Of a DNA stretch of 64,000 bases, positions 48,098-59,796 are shown in pieces; within the stretch, counting starts at the first letter, position 1; every line of letters begins with the position of its first letter. This DNA comes from an uncultured Cytophagia bacterium. GTDB lineage: Bacteria; Zhuqueibacterota; Zhuqueibacteria; Oleimicrobiales; Geothermoviventaceae. The notes below the pieces were generated by a model. It saw only the letters and a program-made list of their open reading frames with translations. It did not search any database and had not been told where the DNA came from. Made by a program: the position numbers and the translations under genes. Location of the stretch: positions 3,561-67,560 of the forward strand of contig CAZXXS010000078.1 of assembly GCA_964644845.1 (NCBI GenBank), in the 5' to 3' direction.

Positions 48098-49189
48098 CTA
48101 CACACCAAACCTCACGGTGATCACGTCGCCGTCTTTGACGACGTAGTCTTTGCCCTCAAGCCGCAAAACCCCTTCCTCGCGGCACCTGGCAAATGAGCCA
48201 AGCCGAACCAGGTCTTCGTACGGAACAACCTCCGCCCTGATGAACCCTCGCTCCAGATCGCTGTGAATCACACCGGCTGCTTCCTTGGCACGCGTGCCAC
48301 GCCGAATGGTCCAGGCTCGTACTTCTTTCTCGCCAGCCGTGAAAAAGTTGACGAGCCCAAGCAGTTCGTACGAGTCGCGGATCAGCCTGGACCGCGCCGG
48401 TTCCGTCAGGTTCATGTCGTCCAGGAAAGCCCTGGCGTCTTCCGGCTCAAGCTGTGCAATCTCGGCTTCGATTTGGGCACAAACGGCCGTGACGCGCGTG
48501 TTTGGCACCGCCGCCACGTCGGCGAATTTGTCAAGCCAAAGCTGCTCTTCCCCGAGCTCGTTCTCCCCGATGTTGACCACGATCAGGGTCGGTTTCAGCG
48601 TCAGGAAACTGTACCCGCGGACGACCTTTTCTTCCTCCGGTGCCAGCTCGAGGATGCGCAGGGGTTGGTTGTCCTCCAACACTGTCCGGAAACGACTCAA
48701 CAGCTCGAGTTCGAACAGCTCCTCTTCATTTTTCGTCTTGTGCGCTGTTTTCTCAAGCCTCGCGATCCGGTTCTCTACGATCGCCAGGTCTGAGAGCAAA
48801 AACTCGGCCATCAGCTCGTCCAGGTCTCGAACGGGATCCACATTCCCCAGCGGGTGCGGTACAGACTCATCCCCGAAAGCTCGAAGAACGATCAGGAGTT
48901 CGTCCAGGGTGCGGATGTAGCCGAGGAACTCGTCGTCGAGCCCAGAGCGAGAGCCTCCTTCGCGCTGGACCGGTGCCATGTCCACGTACTCAACAGTGGC
49001 TGGCGTCACCTTGCGCGGCTGGAAGATCGCTGCCAGATGCTCCAGGCGTTGGTCTGGAACATTCACTACGGCCCGATGGGTCTCGCGCTTGCCACCCATG
49101 AATTTGTCCACGGCTACCGTTCCACCCGTCAGCGCGTTGAAAAGAGTCGTTTTGCCCGAAAGGGGTAATCCCACAATGCCGACGATCAT
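48098..49189 (-). CDS. ychF: Redox-regulated ATPase YchF
   Basis: GIVGLPLSGKTTLFNALT, VPDQRL, FLTLKP, FFTAGEKEVRAW, AAGVIHSDLERGFIRAEV, GKDYVVKDGD. Confidence 0.96.
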   Translation of the reverse strand: MIVGIVGLPLSGKTTLFNALTGGTVAVDKFMGGKRETHRAVVNVPDQRLEHLAAIFQPRKVTPATVEYVDMAPVQREGGSRSGLDDEFLGYIRTLDELLIVLRAFGDESVPHPLGNVDPVRDLDELMAEFLLSDLAIVENRIARLEKTAHKTKNEEELFELELLSRFRTVLEDNQPLRILELAPEEEKVVRGYSFLTLKPTLIVVNIGENELGEEQLWLDKFADVAAVPNTRVTAVCAQIEAEIAQLEPEDARAFLDDMNLTEPARSRLIRDSYELLGLVNFFTAGEKEVRAWTIRRGTRAKEAAGVIHSDLERGFIRAEVVPYEDLVRLGSFARCREEGVLRLEGKDYVVKDGDVITVRFGV

Positions 49190-49213
49190 TTCGGCCTCCT
49201 GCGCCCTGCTCGT

Positions 49214-49927
49214 TTACCCGTCACAGCCATCCGCACCAAGTCCCAGGCGACACTCAAGCCGCTGAACACCACGGAGCACGTCAAGAAAAGTCGTGTACGG
49301 TTCAAAAGCGTAGCCATTCTCTCGACACCAGTCCTGCAAAGGCCCTTTGGCGAAAATGTAGTCGGCGGCTTCCACACCGTGTCGGTCACTGATGCCATCG
49401 CCGACGAAAACTGCGAAATCGCCGTCTTCACGAAGTCGCCGGATGTGGTAGCCTTTGCAGTTCGCACACTCGTCGCACTCAATCCCGTGGTAGGGCAGTT
49501 CCGGCACGATTACACCGCCGTCCAAGAGCACGGCTTTGTTCGAGTAGAATTCCACGTCTTCAAGGCCGGCTTTCGCGAGGACTCGACGAATGTAAATGTC
49601 CAACCCGTCGCTCAGTACGGTGACAGGGTAGCCACGCTGGCGACAGTACCGTACGAATTGCGGGAAATGCGGATCCACAGTCTGCTGGCTCAGCAATCTC
49701 TCGAATTCCCGAGAGTCAAAGCGGCTGGCGGCGCAGATTTCCTCCAGGTACTCTTTGGACGTAATCTCGCCACGGATGTAGCGGTCTACTGTTTCCTGCC
49801 AGCGCTCTTTTCCGGCAAAGGTCTGAAAAAACAGGTCCCCCACGTCGTTTACAGCCGTTGTGCCATCGAAATCGCAAAAGATGCGAAGCCTTTTGACGTC
49901 AGTCTCTGTCCCAACCGGATTGTTCAT
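49214..49927 (-). CDS. MtnX-like HAD-IB phosphatase
   Basis: FCDFDGTT, VLSDG, CANCK, VGDGISD, ADYIFAK motifs. Confidence 0.85.
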   Translation of the reverse strand: MNNPVGTETDVKRLRIFCDFDGTTAVNDVGDLFFQTFAGKERWQETVDRYIRGEITSKEYLEEICAASRFDSREFERLLSQQTVDPHFPQFVRYCRQRGYPVTVLSDGLDIYIRRVLAKAGLEDVEFYSNKAVLLDGGVIVPELPYHGIECDECANCKGYHIRRLREDGDFAVFVGDGISDRHGVEAADYIFAKGPLQDWCRENGYAFEPYTTFLDVLRGVQRLECRLGLGADGCDG

Positions 49928-50421
49928 GCTTGTCCCACTGGAGTTGCTGGTTCAATCCCGTCACTGTCGCCGAGATTTTGTTCATCATCTACCAAGAAAT
50001 CCCTGTCAAAGAGCGAAGAACAGCACATTCTCGCCCACTCCGAGGACACCACCACAAGCCCCTTGCAGCGTTTCAGCCGCGGCAACCGGGCGGCACTGCC
50101 CAGCGGTTTCGCCTTCTTACGAGCCCGCAGTCCCGACCAGACTGGAGCTCAGCAGGTCCGCTGCTCCTCGAAGGCACCTCCCCGACACGCCACACGCACT
50201 CCGGACTGGAAGCACGTGTCCCAAAACAAGCGTGGCGCCCGCTGCCACTGCGGACGCCACACTAAAAGGTTCTCGTCAGAAGCCGAGGAAGAGCGTTGCC
50301 GTTTATCTCCGCTCCGTCGGAACGGTCTTCCCGCCCCAGCAGAAGGCTCTCCGAGCAAACAAGCAGTTTCAGGCCCGAAAGCCTGTACACGCTTTGCCCA
50401 GGCTACATCGACGCGGCAGAC

Positions 50422-53109
50422 CTACTTGGCCTGTTCTTCCTCGACTACCGCCTGCGCAGCGGCAAGACGGGCAATGGGTACGCGGAAAGGCGAGCAACTG
50501 ACGTAGTTCATACCCACACGGTGGCAGAACTTGACCGACTTGGGCTCACCGCCGTGCTCACCACAAATACCCACCTTGAGTTCGGGCCGCGTGCTGCGTC
50601 CGCGCTCGACACCCATCTTCACCAGCTGACCAACACCTTCCTGATCCAGCACCTGGAACGGATCCTCTTTGAGGATCTTCTTCTCGATGTACATCGGCAG
50701 AAACTTGCCGACATCATCGCGCGAGTACCCGAACGTCATCTGCGTCAAATCGTTGGTGCCGAAGGAGAAGAACTGGGCCTCGCTTGCGATCTTGTCCGCC
50801 GTCAGCGCTGCACGCGGCACCTCGATCATCGTGCCAACCAGGTACTCAACCTCAACGCCGTACTTGTCCATCACTTCCTTGGCCACCCGGTCAATGACCT
50901 CTTTCTGGTTTTGGAACTCTTCGACGGTCCCGACAAGCGGAACCATCACTTCGGGCAGCACCTTTACACCCTGTTTGGTCAGCTCGCAAGCAGCCTCAAA
51001 GATGGCGCGCGTCTGCATCTCGGTGATCTCGGGGTAAGCAATGCCGAGACGGCAACCGCGGTGGCCAAGCATCGGGTTCAGCTCGTGCAACGATTCGACC
51101 CGTTCTTTTACCTTCTCGACCGGGACACCCAGCTCATCAGCCACCTCGCGCTGGGCCTCTTCTTCCTGCGGCAAGAATTCGTGCAACGGGGGATCGAGCA
51201 ACCGAATCGTTACGGGCAGGCCTTCCATGACCTTGAAGATGCCCAGGAAATCTTCCTTCTGGTACGGCAGAATCTTGTCGAGGGCTTTCCGCCGACCCTC
51301 TTCGTCCTCGGCCAGGATCATTTCGCGCATGGCCTTGATGCGCTCGCCCTCGAAGAACATGTGCTCGGTGCGACACAGGCCGATGCCCTCAGCGCCGAAG
51401 TTGCGCGCCACCTGGGCGTCATGCGGCGTGTCGGCGTTGGTGCGCACACCCAGTTTGCGGATTTCGTCCACCCACTGCATCAGTTCAGCGAACTCGCCGG
51501 TCATTTGCGGTTCCACCGTTGGCACTTGCCCGAGCATTACTTCGCCCGTCGAACCGTCGATGCTGATCCAGTCGCCCTCTTTCACCACAATGTCGCCAAC
51601 TGTGAACTGTTTCTTCGCGTAGTCCACATTGAGAGCGCCGCAGCCAACAACGGCTGTCTTGCCCATGCCGCGGGCTACAACGGCTGCATGCGAGGTCATG
51701 CCGCCACGAGCCGTCAGAATGCCTTCCGCCGCGTGCATGCCGCCCACGTCCTCCGGCGACGTCTCTAACCGGACCAGGATTACCTTCTCACCCCGCTTGG
51801 CCCACTCTTCGGCGTCGTCGGCGTGAAAAACGACACGACCCGTTGCTGCCCCAGGAGAAGCCGGCAGTCCTTTGGCGATCACTTTCTTCTCCGCCTTGGG
51901 ATCGAACATTGGGTGCAGTAGCTGGTCGAGCTGGTCGGGCGTTACCCGCATGATGGCCGTCTTCTTGTCGATCAAACCTTCTTTCACCATGTCCACAGCC
52001 ATTTTGACCGCGGCCTTGGCAGTCCGCTTGCCTACGCGGGTCTGAAGCATCCACAGGCGTCCCTGCTGAATCGTGAACTCGATGTCCTGCATGTCTTTGT
52101 AGTGCTTCTCAAGGCGATCCCGGATCTCCTCGAGTTGTTTGTAAGCTTCCGGCATCACCTCTTCCAGCGTCTTCTGATCTGGCGAGGTCTTGGTGGCCTT
52201 GTTGATCGGCTGCGGCGTGCGGATGCCAGCTACCACATCCTCGCCCTGGGCGTTCACCAAATACTCGCCGTAGAAAATCTTCTCGCCCGTGGCCGGGTCG
52301 CGCGTGAAGGCAACACCCGTGGCGGAGTCCTCACCCATGTTCCCAAAAACCATGGCTTGCACGTTCACCGCGGTGCCCAGGTCGTCGGGAATCTTGTTGA
52401 GTTTGCGGTACGTGATGGCCCGTTCGTTGTTCCAGGACTCGAAGACAGCGCGAATGGCACCCCACAGTTGCTCCCACGGATCCTGCGGAAACTCTACTCC
52501 CTTCCGCTCTTTGATCAGTCGCTTGAACTCCTGCACCAGGGTCTTCAGATCCTCGACGGTGAGGTCAGTGTCCCACTTGTAGCCTTTCTGCTCTTTGAGA
52601 CGATCGATGATCTCTTCGAAGGGATCGATCTCTTCTTTCGATTCCGGCTTCAGACCGAGAACCACGTCCCCGTACATCTGAACGAATCGGCGGTAGGAAT
52701 CCCAGGCAAAGCGCTCGTTGCCTGTTTTCTTGGCAAGCCCTTTTACCGTCTCGTCGTTCAGACCCAGGTTCAACACCGTGTCCATCATGCCAGGCATCGA
52801 AATGGGGGCCCCGGAACGCACCGACACCAGGAGAGGATTCTCCGGATCACCGAACTTGGAGCCCATGATCTTCTCGATGTGTTCGATGCCCTCCTTGACC
52901 TGCTTCTCAAGCTCGGGGGGGAATTTGTTGCCCGACTCGTAGTACTGTTTGCACATTTCCGTCGTAATCGTGAAGCCTGGCGGCACAGGAATCCCCAAAC
53001 GTGCCATCTCAGCCAGGTTCGCCCCCTTACCACCGAGCAGGTTCTTCATCTCGGCGCTACCTTCAGCGGTACCACCTCCGAATTTGTACACCCATTTCTT
53101 CTCAGCCAT
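50422..53109 (-). CDS. ppdK: Pyruvate, phosphate dikinase
   Basis: [35 protein letters not shown] phospho-His, [28 protein letters not shown]. Confidence 0.98.
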   Translation of the reverse strand: MAEKKWVYKFGGGTAEGSAEMKNLLGGKGANLAEMARLGIPVPPGFTITTEMCKQYYESGNKFPPELEKQVKEGIEHIEKIMGSKFGDPENPLLVSVRSGAPISMPGMMDTVLNLGLNDETVKGLAKKTGNERFAWDSYRRFVQMYGDVVLGLKPESKEEIDPFEEIIDRLKEQKGYKWDTDLTVEDLKTLVQEFKRLIKERKGVEFPQDPWEQLWGAIRAVFESWNNERAITYRKLNKIPDDLGTAVNVQAMVFGNMGEDSATGVAFTRDPATGEKIFYGEYLVNAQGEDVVAGIRTPQPINKATKTSPDQKTLEEVMPEAYKQLEEIRDRLEKHYKDMQDIEFTIQQGRLWMLQTRVGKRTAKAAVKMAVDMVKEGLIDKKTAIMRVTPDQLDQLLHPMFDPKAEKKVIAKGLPASPGAATGRVVFHADDAEEWAKRGEKVILVRLETSPEDVGGMHAAEGILTARGGMTSHAAVVARGMGKTAVVGCGALNVDYAKKQFTVGDIVVKEGDWISIDGSTGEVMLGQVPTVEPQMTGEFAELMQWVDEIRKLGVRTNADTPHDAQVARNFGAEGIGLCRTEHMFFEGERIKAMREMILAEDEEGRRKALDKILPYQKEDFLGIFKVMEGLPVTIRLLDPPLHEFLPQEEEAQREVADELGVPVEKVKERVESLHELNPMLGHRGCRLGIAYPEITEMQTRAIFEAACELTKQGVKVLPEVMVPLVGTVEEFQNQKEVIDRVAKEVMDKYGVEVEYLVGTMIEVPRAALTADKIASEAQFFSFGTNDLTQMTFGYSRDDVGKFLPMYIEKKILKEDPFQVLDQEGVGQLVKMGVERGRSTRPELKVGICGEHGGEPKSVKFCHRVGMNYVSCSPFRVPIARLAAAQAVVEEEQAK

Positions 53110-53739
53110 CGTCGTCCTCCAAGTTTTTCAGAACCCGTCCGTGGAGAGCACCGTAAGTCACGATTGTTCAGTCCAAGCCGACATGCTGTAACGCCCCTCC
53201 GCTGCAGCAGTCAGCGCAGAAACCACATCATAACGGCAAAACGCCTTGAATCCGACATCTTTCTACGCCTTGTCTACGCGATGCGTTCGCCAAAATTTTC
53301 GTCTTCTGCGACGCTGCACTTCGCCCGTTGACCCTTCACAGACCTGAGACGGAAGCGAAACAAAACGTTGGGAGGTGCGCCCGGATCGGTGCGGCGAGGC
53401 GTTTCGCGTAAAGCGCAGAGTTGACCGAAGCACAAGTTTTCCCCACCAGATCCCCCTTCTAAAGTGAACCGATTTTGTGAACCACATTGCGACTCGGGAT
53501 CCAGCCGCAAAATCCAGTGGAGCAGGATCTCCCAGGAATCGCACAGCCGCCAACAGCGAACCTTTGCCGTTTCGCGCCCGCTTTGCAACGGTGGTTTCGT
53601 CCTGTCCGAACGTCGCAGGACGTCCCCAGAGCAGATTACACGGGCGACAACCCTGAGACTGCTGCGGAGCCGACTGGTTCTGCCCCCTCAGCCAGCCGAC
53701 ATTCCGCCGGCACAGGCACTGCACCCCGCTGTTCCCACA

Positions 53740-54264
53740 TCAGAGGAAAAAGACGCCCAGCCCGGCGGCGACAACGATCACGAGGATCGGGTGCACTTTC
53801 AGGAAAGTGAGTACAACGAAGCTGGCCAGCGCGAGCACACCAGCTTGCCAGTTTGCCACGCTTCTTGGGAAAAGAGTCCAGACCACCCACGCCAGCATGC
53901 CAATCACCACGGGGCGCAGCGCCATGAACATGCCGTTGATGCGGGGATTGTCCTTGTGCTCGTAGAGCAGGTACGCGAAAATCAGCATGCCAATGGCAGC
54001 CGGCGCACTGACACCCAAAATCGCGACCAGGCTACCGAGCAATCCCGCCACTTCCCAGCCAACAAAGGCCGCCAGTTTTACCGCAATGGGTCCAGGCAGC
54101 GCGTTGCCCATGGCCAGAGCATCCACGAATTCCTCCGGTGTGAGCCAGTGGTGGAGGTCTACCACTTCTGCCTGGATCAGCGGGATCATGGCAGGTCCGC
54201 TGCCGAAACCGAATGTCCCAACCTTGGCGAAGGCCAGGAACAACTTGCCAAGCGCCACAACCAA
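53740..54264 (-). CDS. chrA: Short-chain chromate transporter (CHR family)
   Basis: KVGTFGFGSG, WLTPEEF, NALPGPIA, ALRPVV motifs; single CHR domain. Confidence 0.85.
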   Translation of the reverse strand: MVVALGKLFLAFAKVGTFGFGSGPAMIPLIQAEVVDLHHWLTPEEFVDALAMGNALPGPIAVKLAAFVGWEVAGLLGSLVAILGVSAPAAIGMLIFAYLLYEHKDNPRINGMFMALRPVVIGMLAWVVWTLFPRSVANWQAGVLALASFVVLTFLKVHPILVIVVAAGLGVFFL

Positions 54265-54266
54265 CG

Positions 54267-55964
54267 TCAGTTCTCCGAGGAACTCTGCTTCACCTCACCG
54301 CTAAGAATGGCCGTGTACTGGTCCGGGTTCGTCAGGATTGCGACCGCCTTCTGCAGCTGTTTGTCGTCGTCGAACGTTGCCTCCACCGCGGCTTTGGTTC
54401 CCCAGAGCTTGGCGGCAATTTCCCGTTGCAGTGCCTGGCGAATGAAGTCGATGCTCTCCTGGAACTCTCTTTCCTTTACCTCTTTCAGCCGCTCGTCGAT
54501 GGTCTTCAACCCGGGTTCCAGCGACGCCAGAAATCCAGCCCGTTTGGCCTCCTTCTTGAAGTCGTCGTAGGCGTCCTCGCCTTCCACCTTGTAATCAAAC
54601 TTGTTTTTTTTCAGGAAGTCGCGAAACTCAGCGATCAACGCGTCATCCACCTGAAAATCGCGCGGGAGATTTGGGTGCTTGGTAGAGTATTCGACGGCAA
54701 AGTTGAACAACATGGATTTCATCAAAAGCGCGATTTCAAGGGCGTTGAGCGAATCGGCTTTCACGATTACGTCCGGCGTGATGCCACCTCCGCCCTGTAC
54801 CTCGCGGCCATGCAGCGTGTGGTAGACCTTGGCACTGTCATTCTCAAAGGTTTTGTTCAGAAGGACTTCCTGCTCACGTCTGAACACTTCTGGCTTCTGG
54901 ATCAAACGCCCGCTCGGAATGTAGTACTTGGCCGTGGTGATTTTAACGGCCGCATCCCGGGAGATCGGCACCACCGTTTGCACCAGCCCTTTACCGTACG
55001 TTGGTTCGCCCACAATCACGCCGCGATCGAGGTCCTGGATGCAGCCAGAAACGATCTCCGAAGCCGACGCACTGTAACCGTTCACCAGTACCGCCAGAGG
55101 TCCCTCCGGCCAACTCGGGCTCCGTCTGGACCGGAATTCCTGCTGGGCCTCTTTGATGCGACCTCGTGTACTCACGATCAGTTGCCCTTTGGGCACAAAA
55201 TTCTCCGCCACCTCAACTGCCGCTTCCAGCATACCGCCCGGGTTGTTGCGCAAATCCAAAATGATGGCCCGCGCTCCCTGGTTGCGCAACTCGTTAACGG
55301 CTTCACGAACTTCCTTCCCAGCGTTGCGCGAGAAACGTGTGAGTTTGATCAGACCGACGCCGTCGCGAACCATTCCTGCGTAGCTCACATCTTTCGGATG
55401 GATCTCGTCGCGAATCAAGCGAAATTCCAGAGGCTCTGGCACCCCGGGCCGCCGAATCTTGATTGTCACGGGGGTACCTTTCGGGCCGCGCAACCTGGCA
55501 GCCGTCTCGGAAATGCTCAGTCCCTTTGTGGAGACCCCGTCAACCTCGATGATCTGATCGCCTTCCCGGATGCCTGCGCGCATGGCCGGCGTGTCCTCGA
55601 ACGGCGGTTCAACCACCGTAGGCCAACCATTACGCATGCCGATACGCATGCCGACACCACCGTAAGCACCGCGGGTCATGATATTCAGCTCTGTCTTCCC
55701 CTCCTTTTCGATCAACACCGTGTAGGGGTCCAGAGCATCCAGCATGCCGTTGATGCCGGCGTGCATGAACTTGTCCGGATCGATTGGCTCCACGTACCGC
55801 TGGGTCACTTCTTCGAACACGCGTCCGAACAAGCCGATGTTCTTACGCACACTGGCGTAGTAGTCCTGGCCTGTTAGCCCGACCGTTGTGGAAAGCCAAC
55901 CGCCAAACGTGATCGCCGTCAGAATCAGAACAACGACGACGCCAACATTTTTCTTGCTACGCAC
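54267..55964 (-). CDS. ctpA: S41 carboxy-terminal processing protease
   Basis: LDPYT, PDZ GGVGM, IILDLRNNPGG, NGYSASASEIV (catalytic Ser), TYGKGLVQ (Lys), GGITPD. Confidence 0.95.
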   Translation of the reverse strand: MRSKKNVGVVVVLILTAITFGGWLSTTVGLTGQDYYASVRKNIGLFGRVFEEVTQRYVEPIDPDKFMHAGINGMLDALDPYTVLIEKEGKTELNIMTRGAYGGVGMRIGMRNGWPTVVEPPFEDTPAMRAGIREGDQIIEVDGVSTKGLSISETAARLRGPKGTPVTIKIRRPGVPEPLEFRLIRDEIHPKDVSYAGMVRDGVGLIKLTRFSRNAGKEVREAVNELRNQGARAIILDLRNNPGGMLEAAVEVAENFVPKGQLIVSTRGRIKEAQQEFRSRRSPSWPEGPLAVLVNGYSASASEIVSGCIQDLDRGVIVGEPTYGKGLVQTVVPISRDAAVKITTAKYYIPSGRLIQKPEVFRREQEVLLNKTFENDSAKVYHTLHGREVQGGGGITPDVIVKADSLNALEIALLMKSMLFNFAVEYSTKHPNLPRDFQVDDALIAEFRDFLKKNKFDYKVEGEDAYDDFKKEAKRAGFLASLEPGLKTIDERLKEVKEREFQESIDFIRQALQREIAAKLWGTKAAVEATFDDDKQLQKAVAILTNPDQYTAILSGEVKQSSSEN

Positions 55965-56253
55965 GCCTATCTACCTCCTTTGAACGTGAGCACCGCGCCC
56001 CCTCTTCACCTTTTCCAGCAGCCAAACTGAACAGCAACCGCTGTGCCACTCGCCGTTTCTTGGGGAGATCAACCCGAAAACACCGGCTTTGTTCCACCGT
56101 CGGTCAAGCTCGCCCCCCCGCGAAATCTCCTGCTGTGCAATCGCCATCCGTTGACGGGATCGAACCACTCCTGCGCAGGAGGCATCAAATCCACGGTGTT
56201 TTTCGCCCCTTGGCTACCACTGAACCGCGCCGCAACGCCTTGAGCCGCAAGTT

Positions 56254-56925
56254 CTACGCGTCACCATTTTCCGTACCGTTCCCTCCGGAGTGACGCAGAT
56301 TCGCCAACAACGGACCAACCCTTGCCCAGATTTGCTGACTCAAGGTGTCGGGCTCCTGAAGCCCGTCCAGCACTACCACCCGTCGGGGTTCGTCGTCAGC
56401 CAGCTTCAAGTAGCCTCGCCGCACACGCTCCCGAAACCAATGGTCTTCGCTTTCCAATCTGTCTCGCTCACCACCAAGTCTGTGCAGGCGGCGAGCACCT
56501 TCATCCGCCGGGACATCGATGCAGAATGTCAGGTCCGGCACCAAACCCAGCGAACCGAGTTCGTTAGCTCTACGAATTAGGCTGAGATCAATCCCTCGAC
56601 CGTAACCCTGATACGCGGTTGTTGAGTCGAAAAAGCGGTCGCAGACCACGACCTTACCCGCCTCCAGCGCAGGCCGGATCTTCTCGGCTACCAGCTGGGC
56701 CCGTGCCGCCTCGTACAGCAAAAGCTCCGTCACCGGAGCCATTTCGTGAAGCTGGCGATCGAGTAGTAGCTCTCGAATTCGCTCGGAGATCCGTGTACCA
56801 CCCGGGTCTCGCACGAACAGCACTTCGTGCCCGGTCCGTTCCAACTGTCGGCAGAGCCGCTCGGCCTGGGTGGTTTTACCGCATCCGTCAATCCCCTCAA
56901 AGGTAATGAAGAGCCCGCGCGGCAT
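56254..56925 (-). CDS. tmk: Thymidylate kinase
   Basis: FITFEGIDGCGKTTQ, RDPGGT, VCDRF, AYQGYGRG, PDLTF; start ATG 56925. Confidence 0.97.
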   Translation of the reverse strand: MPRGLFITFEGIDGCGKTTQAERLCRQLERTGHEVLFVRDPGGTRISERIRELLLDRQLHEMAPVTELLLYEAARAQLVAEKIRPALEAGKVVVCDRFFDSTTAYQGYGRGIDLSLIRRANELGSLGLVPDLTFCIDVPADEGARRLHRLGGERDRLESEDHWFRERVRRGYLKLADDEPRRVVVLDGLQEPDTLSQQIWARVGPLLANLRHSGGNGTENGDA

Positions 56926-56932
56926 TTTACGC

Positions 56933-58330
56933 TCAGATGTCGATGAACTTCCAGTGTCCACCGCGGAACCGCCAGATGTTCAGAGCCAGGCGAGCAAATT
57001 CGCCAACCGTGTGCACGGACCAGATGCCAAGCAGTCCCGCTCCGAGAATAAACGTGACCAACCAGCCGAATCCAACTTCGAAAATAGCGGAGCTGATTAC
57101 CGCCAGCCACATGAGCCAACGCAGGTCACCCGCCCCACGCAGGTGCCCCATGATTACACCGCCCATGGCTTTGGGAATCTGCACCACAGCGAACACGTAG
57201 AGAACACGCGCGCCCAGAGAAACCACCTGGTGGTCCGAAGTCACGAACAGGCGAACAATCTCGTCTGAGAAGAGAACGAGCGCAGCAACGATGGCCGTCA
57301 CAAACACGCCGACCACCGCGTTCGCCGTGTGAGCCGTCCTTTCGGCCAACTGACGGTCTGAAGCTCCGAGGTTTTGGCCCATCAGCGTCATGGCGCCTAC
57401 CCCGAAGCCGAGGTAAATCATGCTGAGCACGCCTTGAATTCGCAGCAGCACGCCGTGGGCTGCAAGTGCCGTCACGCCCAGCATGGCCGCGTAGCTCATC
57501 ATGATGAACTGCGCCACCGCCCAGACCAGCTGCTCCACCGTGGTCGGAAAGCCAGCGTTAAACAGTCGCCGCAAGCTGCGCCAGTTTGGTGTCGTCAGCT
57601 CACGAAAAGACAGAAAGATGCGGCTCTTGTGCGAACGAAGCAGCACAAACGTGGCCACAAAACCTACGCTGTGCGAAATGCCCACAGCCAGAGCCGCGCC
57701 GCGCACTTCCAGCCGGGGGAAACCGAACAAGCCAAAGATCAGCAGCGGCGCCAGGACAAGATTCAGGCCGTTGATCAGCACGTTGATGATCATCGAGTAG
57801 TGGGTGTCGCCCGATCCCCGGACGATGCCCACAGCGATGAAATTCAAAATGATGAACGGCCCGAACACAGCGACTGTACGCAGGTAAGTCACGCCTGCGG
57901 CACGGGCCGCCTCTGTTCCCTCGTGGCGAATGAGCTGGAAAAGATACACGGCCCCGCCGTACCAGATGGCCGAAAAAAGCACCGCCACGATGACGCCGAT
58001 CATCAGGGACTGGCCGAGGATGTGATTTGCTTCCCAATCCTCGCCAGCCCCCACGTGGCGCGAAATGATCAAAGAACTGCCAACCACAAACGTCAGAATG
58101 ACCGTGAAGAACAGGATCACGATCTGGATGGCCATGGCGACGCCGGCGAAATCGGCCGCGCTGAGCTTGCCGATCAGGATGGCCTCAATCGTCCACATGA
58201 TCGTTTGAGACGACAGATCCACCACCGCCGGCAGGGAGGTTTTCAGGATGTTCTTCAAAGGTGACGCTGCGACGTAACGCCGCACGGGCCGGGCCGTCGT
58301 CACCTCAGCATCCCGTTCAACCTTGCTCAC
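56933..58330 (-). CDS. MATE family efflux transporter
   Basis: About 12 TM; RGSGDT...M, NLVLAPLLIFG, GAALA, GQNLGA motifs. Confidence 0.92.
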   Translation of the reverse strand: MSKVERDAEVTTARPVRRYVAASPLKNILKTSLPAVVDLSSQTIMWTIEAILIGKLSAADFAGVAMAIQIVILFFTVILTFVVGSSLIISRHVGAGEDWEANHILGQSLMIGVIVAVLFSAIWYGGAVYLFQLIRHEGTEAARAAGVTYLRTVAVFGPFIILNFIAVGIVRGSGDTHYSMIINVLINGLNLVLAPLLIFGLFGFPRLEVRGAALAVGISHSVGFVATFVLLRSHKSRIFLSFRELTTPNWRSLRRLFNAGFPTTVEQLVWAVAQFIMMSYAAMLGVTALAAHGVLLRIQGVLSMIYLGFGVGAMTLMGQNLGASDRQLAERTAHTANAVVGVFVTAIVAALVLFSDEIVRLFVTSDHQVVSLGARVLYVFAVVQIPKAMGGVIMGHLRGAGDLRWLMWLAVISSAIFEVGFGWLVTFILGAGLLGIWSVHTVGEFARLALNIWRFRGGHWKFIDI

Positions 58331-58402
58331 ACGCAGCCCAGTTTGCTTTCTTCACCGTCCCGCCAGGAACGCGCCAGCACGCCAGACCAGAGGTGCGCGT
58401 TC

Positions 58403-59719
58403 TCAATCGTAGTATTCCAGGCCCAGATGCGTGATCAGCTCCTCGCCGCGCAGGTAACGCAGCGTGTTCTTGAGCTTCATGAGCTGGATGAACAGGTCAT
58501 GCTCGGGGTACAGGCCCGGAGCCGTCATCGGCGACTTAAAGTAGAACGACAACCACTCCTGAATGCCGTACATGCCAGCGCGTTGGGCCAGATCCGTGAA
58601 CAGAGCCAGGTCAAGTACCACCGGAGCAGCCAGAATCGAATCGCGGCACAGAAAATCGATCTTGATCTGCATCGGGTAACCGAGCCAACCGAAAATGTCC
58701 AGGTTGTCCCAGCCCTCTTTGTTGTCGCCGCGCGGTGGGTAGTAGTTGATGCGCACCTTGTGGTAGTAGCCCTGGTACAGATCCGGGTACAAATCGGGCT
58801 GCAAAATGTAGTCCAGTACACCGAGCTTGCTCACTTCTTTGGTTTTCTCGGCTTCCGGATCATCCAGAACCTCGCCGTCGCGGTTGCCGAGAATGTTTGT
58901 CGAGAACCAGCCCTCGAGGCCGAGAAGACGCGCCTTCAACCCCGGGGCAAGGATGGTTTTCATCAAGGTTTGACCCGTCTTGTAATCTTTCCCGGCAATC
59001 GGGATTTTCCTGTCCTTGGCGAGTTGCGTAAGCGCCGGGATGTCCGTGGTCAGGTTGGGCGCACCATTCACAAAAGGCACACCCTTCATCAACGAGGCGT
59101 AGGCGTAAATCATGCTCGGTGCGATGGCCGGATGATTCTCCTTCATCGCCTTCTCAAACGCCTCCAGGTCGTTGTGCACGTCGTGAGGCGTCATGTACAC
59201 TTCCGTACTGCCGCACCAGATCGTCACTGTGCGATCCACTTTGGTTTCTTCCTGGAAGCGGGCGATGTCGTCCATCAGCTGCTGGGCCAGTTCGTACTTA
59301 TTCGCAGCTTTCTTGACGTTCGGCCCATCCAGCTTCTTCACGTAGTTCTTGTCGAACACAGCCGGCATCGGCTTGATGGTCTGAAGAAAATCCTTGATCT
59401 GGTCGAGATGGGTGTCGGAAAGCACACCCGCCTTCTTGGCAGCTTCGTAAGCACTGTCCGTAAAGATGTCCCAACCACCGAACACAAGGTCATCCAGCTC
59501 CGCCAGCGGTACAAAATCCTTGATCTTGGGCACGCGATTCTCTGTGCGTTTGCCGAGGCGAATCGTGCCCATTTGGGTCAGCGAACCAATTGGCTTTGCC
59601 AAACCGCGACGCACCAGTTCAACACCGGCCATGAACGTCGTACTGACAGCTCCCATGCCCGGCGTCAGAACACCGAGCTTTCCCTTCGGCTCTGCAATTT
59701 CAACACCCTTCTCGATCAC
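58403..59719 (-). CDS. ino1: myo-Inositol-1-phosphate synthase
   Basis: GMGAVSTT, VFGGWD, IAGKDYKTGQT, WFSTNILGNRDG, GDNKEGWD, CRDSILAAP, SFYFKSP. Confidence 0.96.
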   Translation of the reverse strand: MIEKGVEIAEPKGKLGVLTPGMGAVSTTFMAGVELVRRGLAKPIGSLTQMGTIRLGKRTENRVPKIKDFVPLAELDDLVFGGWDIFTDSAYEAAKKAGVLSDTHLDQIKDFLQTIKPMPAVFDKNYVKKLDGPNVKKAANKYELAQQLMDDIARFQEETKVDRTVTIWCGSTEVYMTPHDVHNDLEAFEKAMKENHPAIAPSMIYAYASLMKGVPFVNGAPNLTTDIPALTQLAKDRKIPIAGKDYKTGQTLMKTILAPGLKARLLGLEGWFSTNILGNRDGEVLDDPEAEKTKEVSKLGVLDYILQPDLYPDLYQGYYHKVRINYYPPRGDNKEGWDNLDIFGWLGYPMQIKIDFLCRDSILAAPVVLDLALFTDLAQRAGMYGIQEWLSFYFKSPMTAPGLYPEHDLFIQLMKLKNTLRYLRGEELITHLGLEYYD

Positions 59720-59796
59720 GACCTCTCCTCCTACCTGTTTCTGTTGGTACAGCCTGTCTGCCCGGGTTCCACGCCCGGACAGCTTCGTACCTCAAA

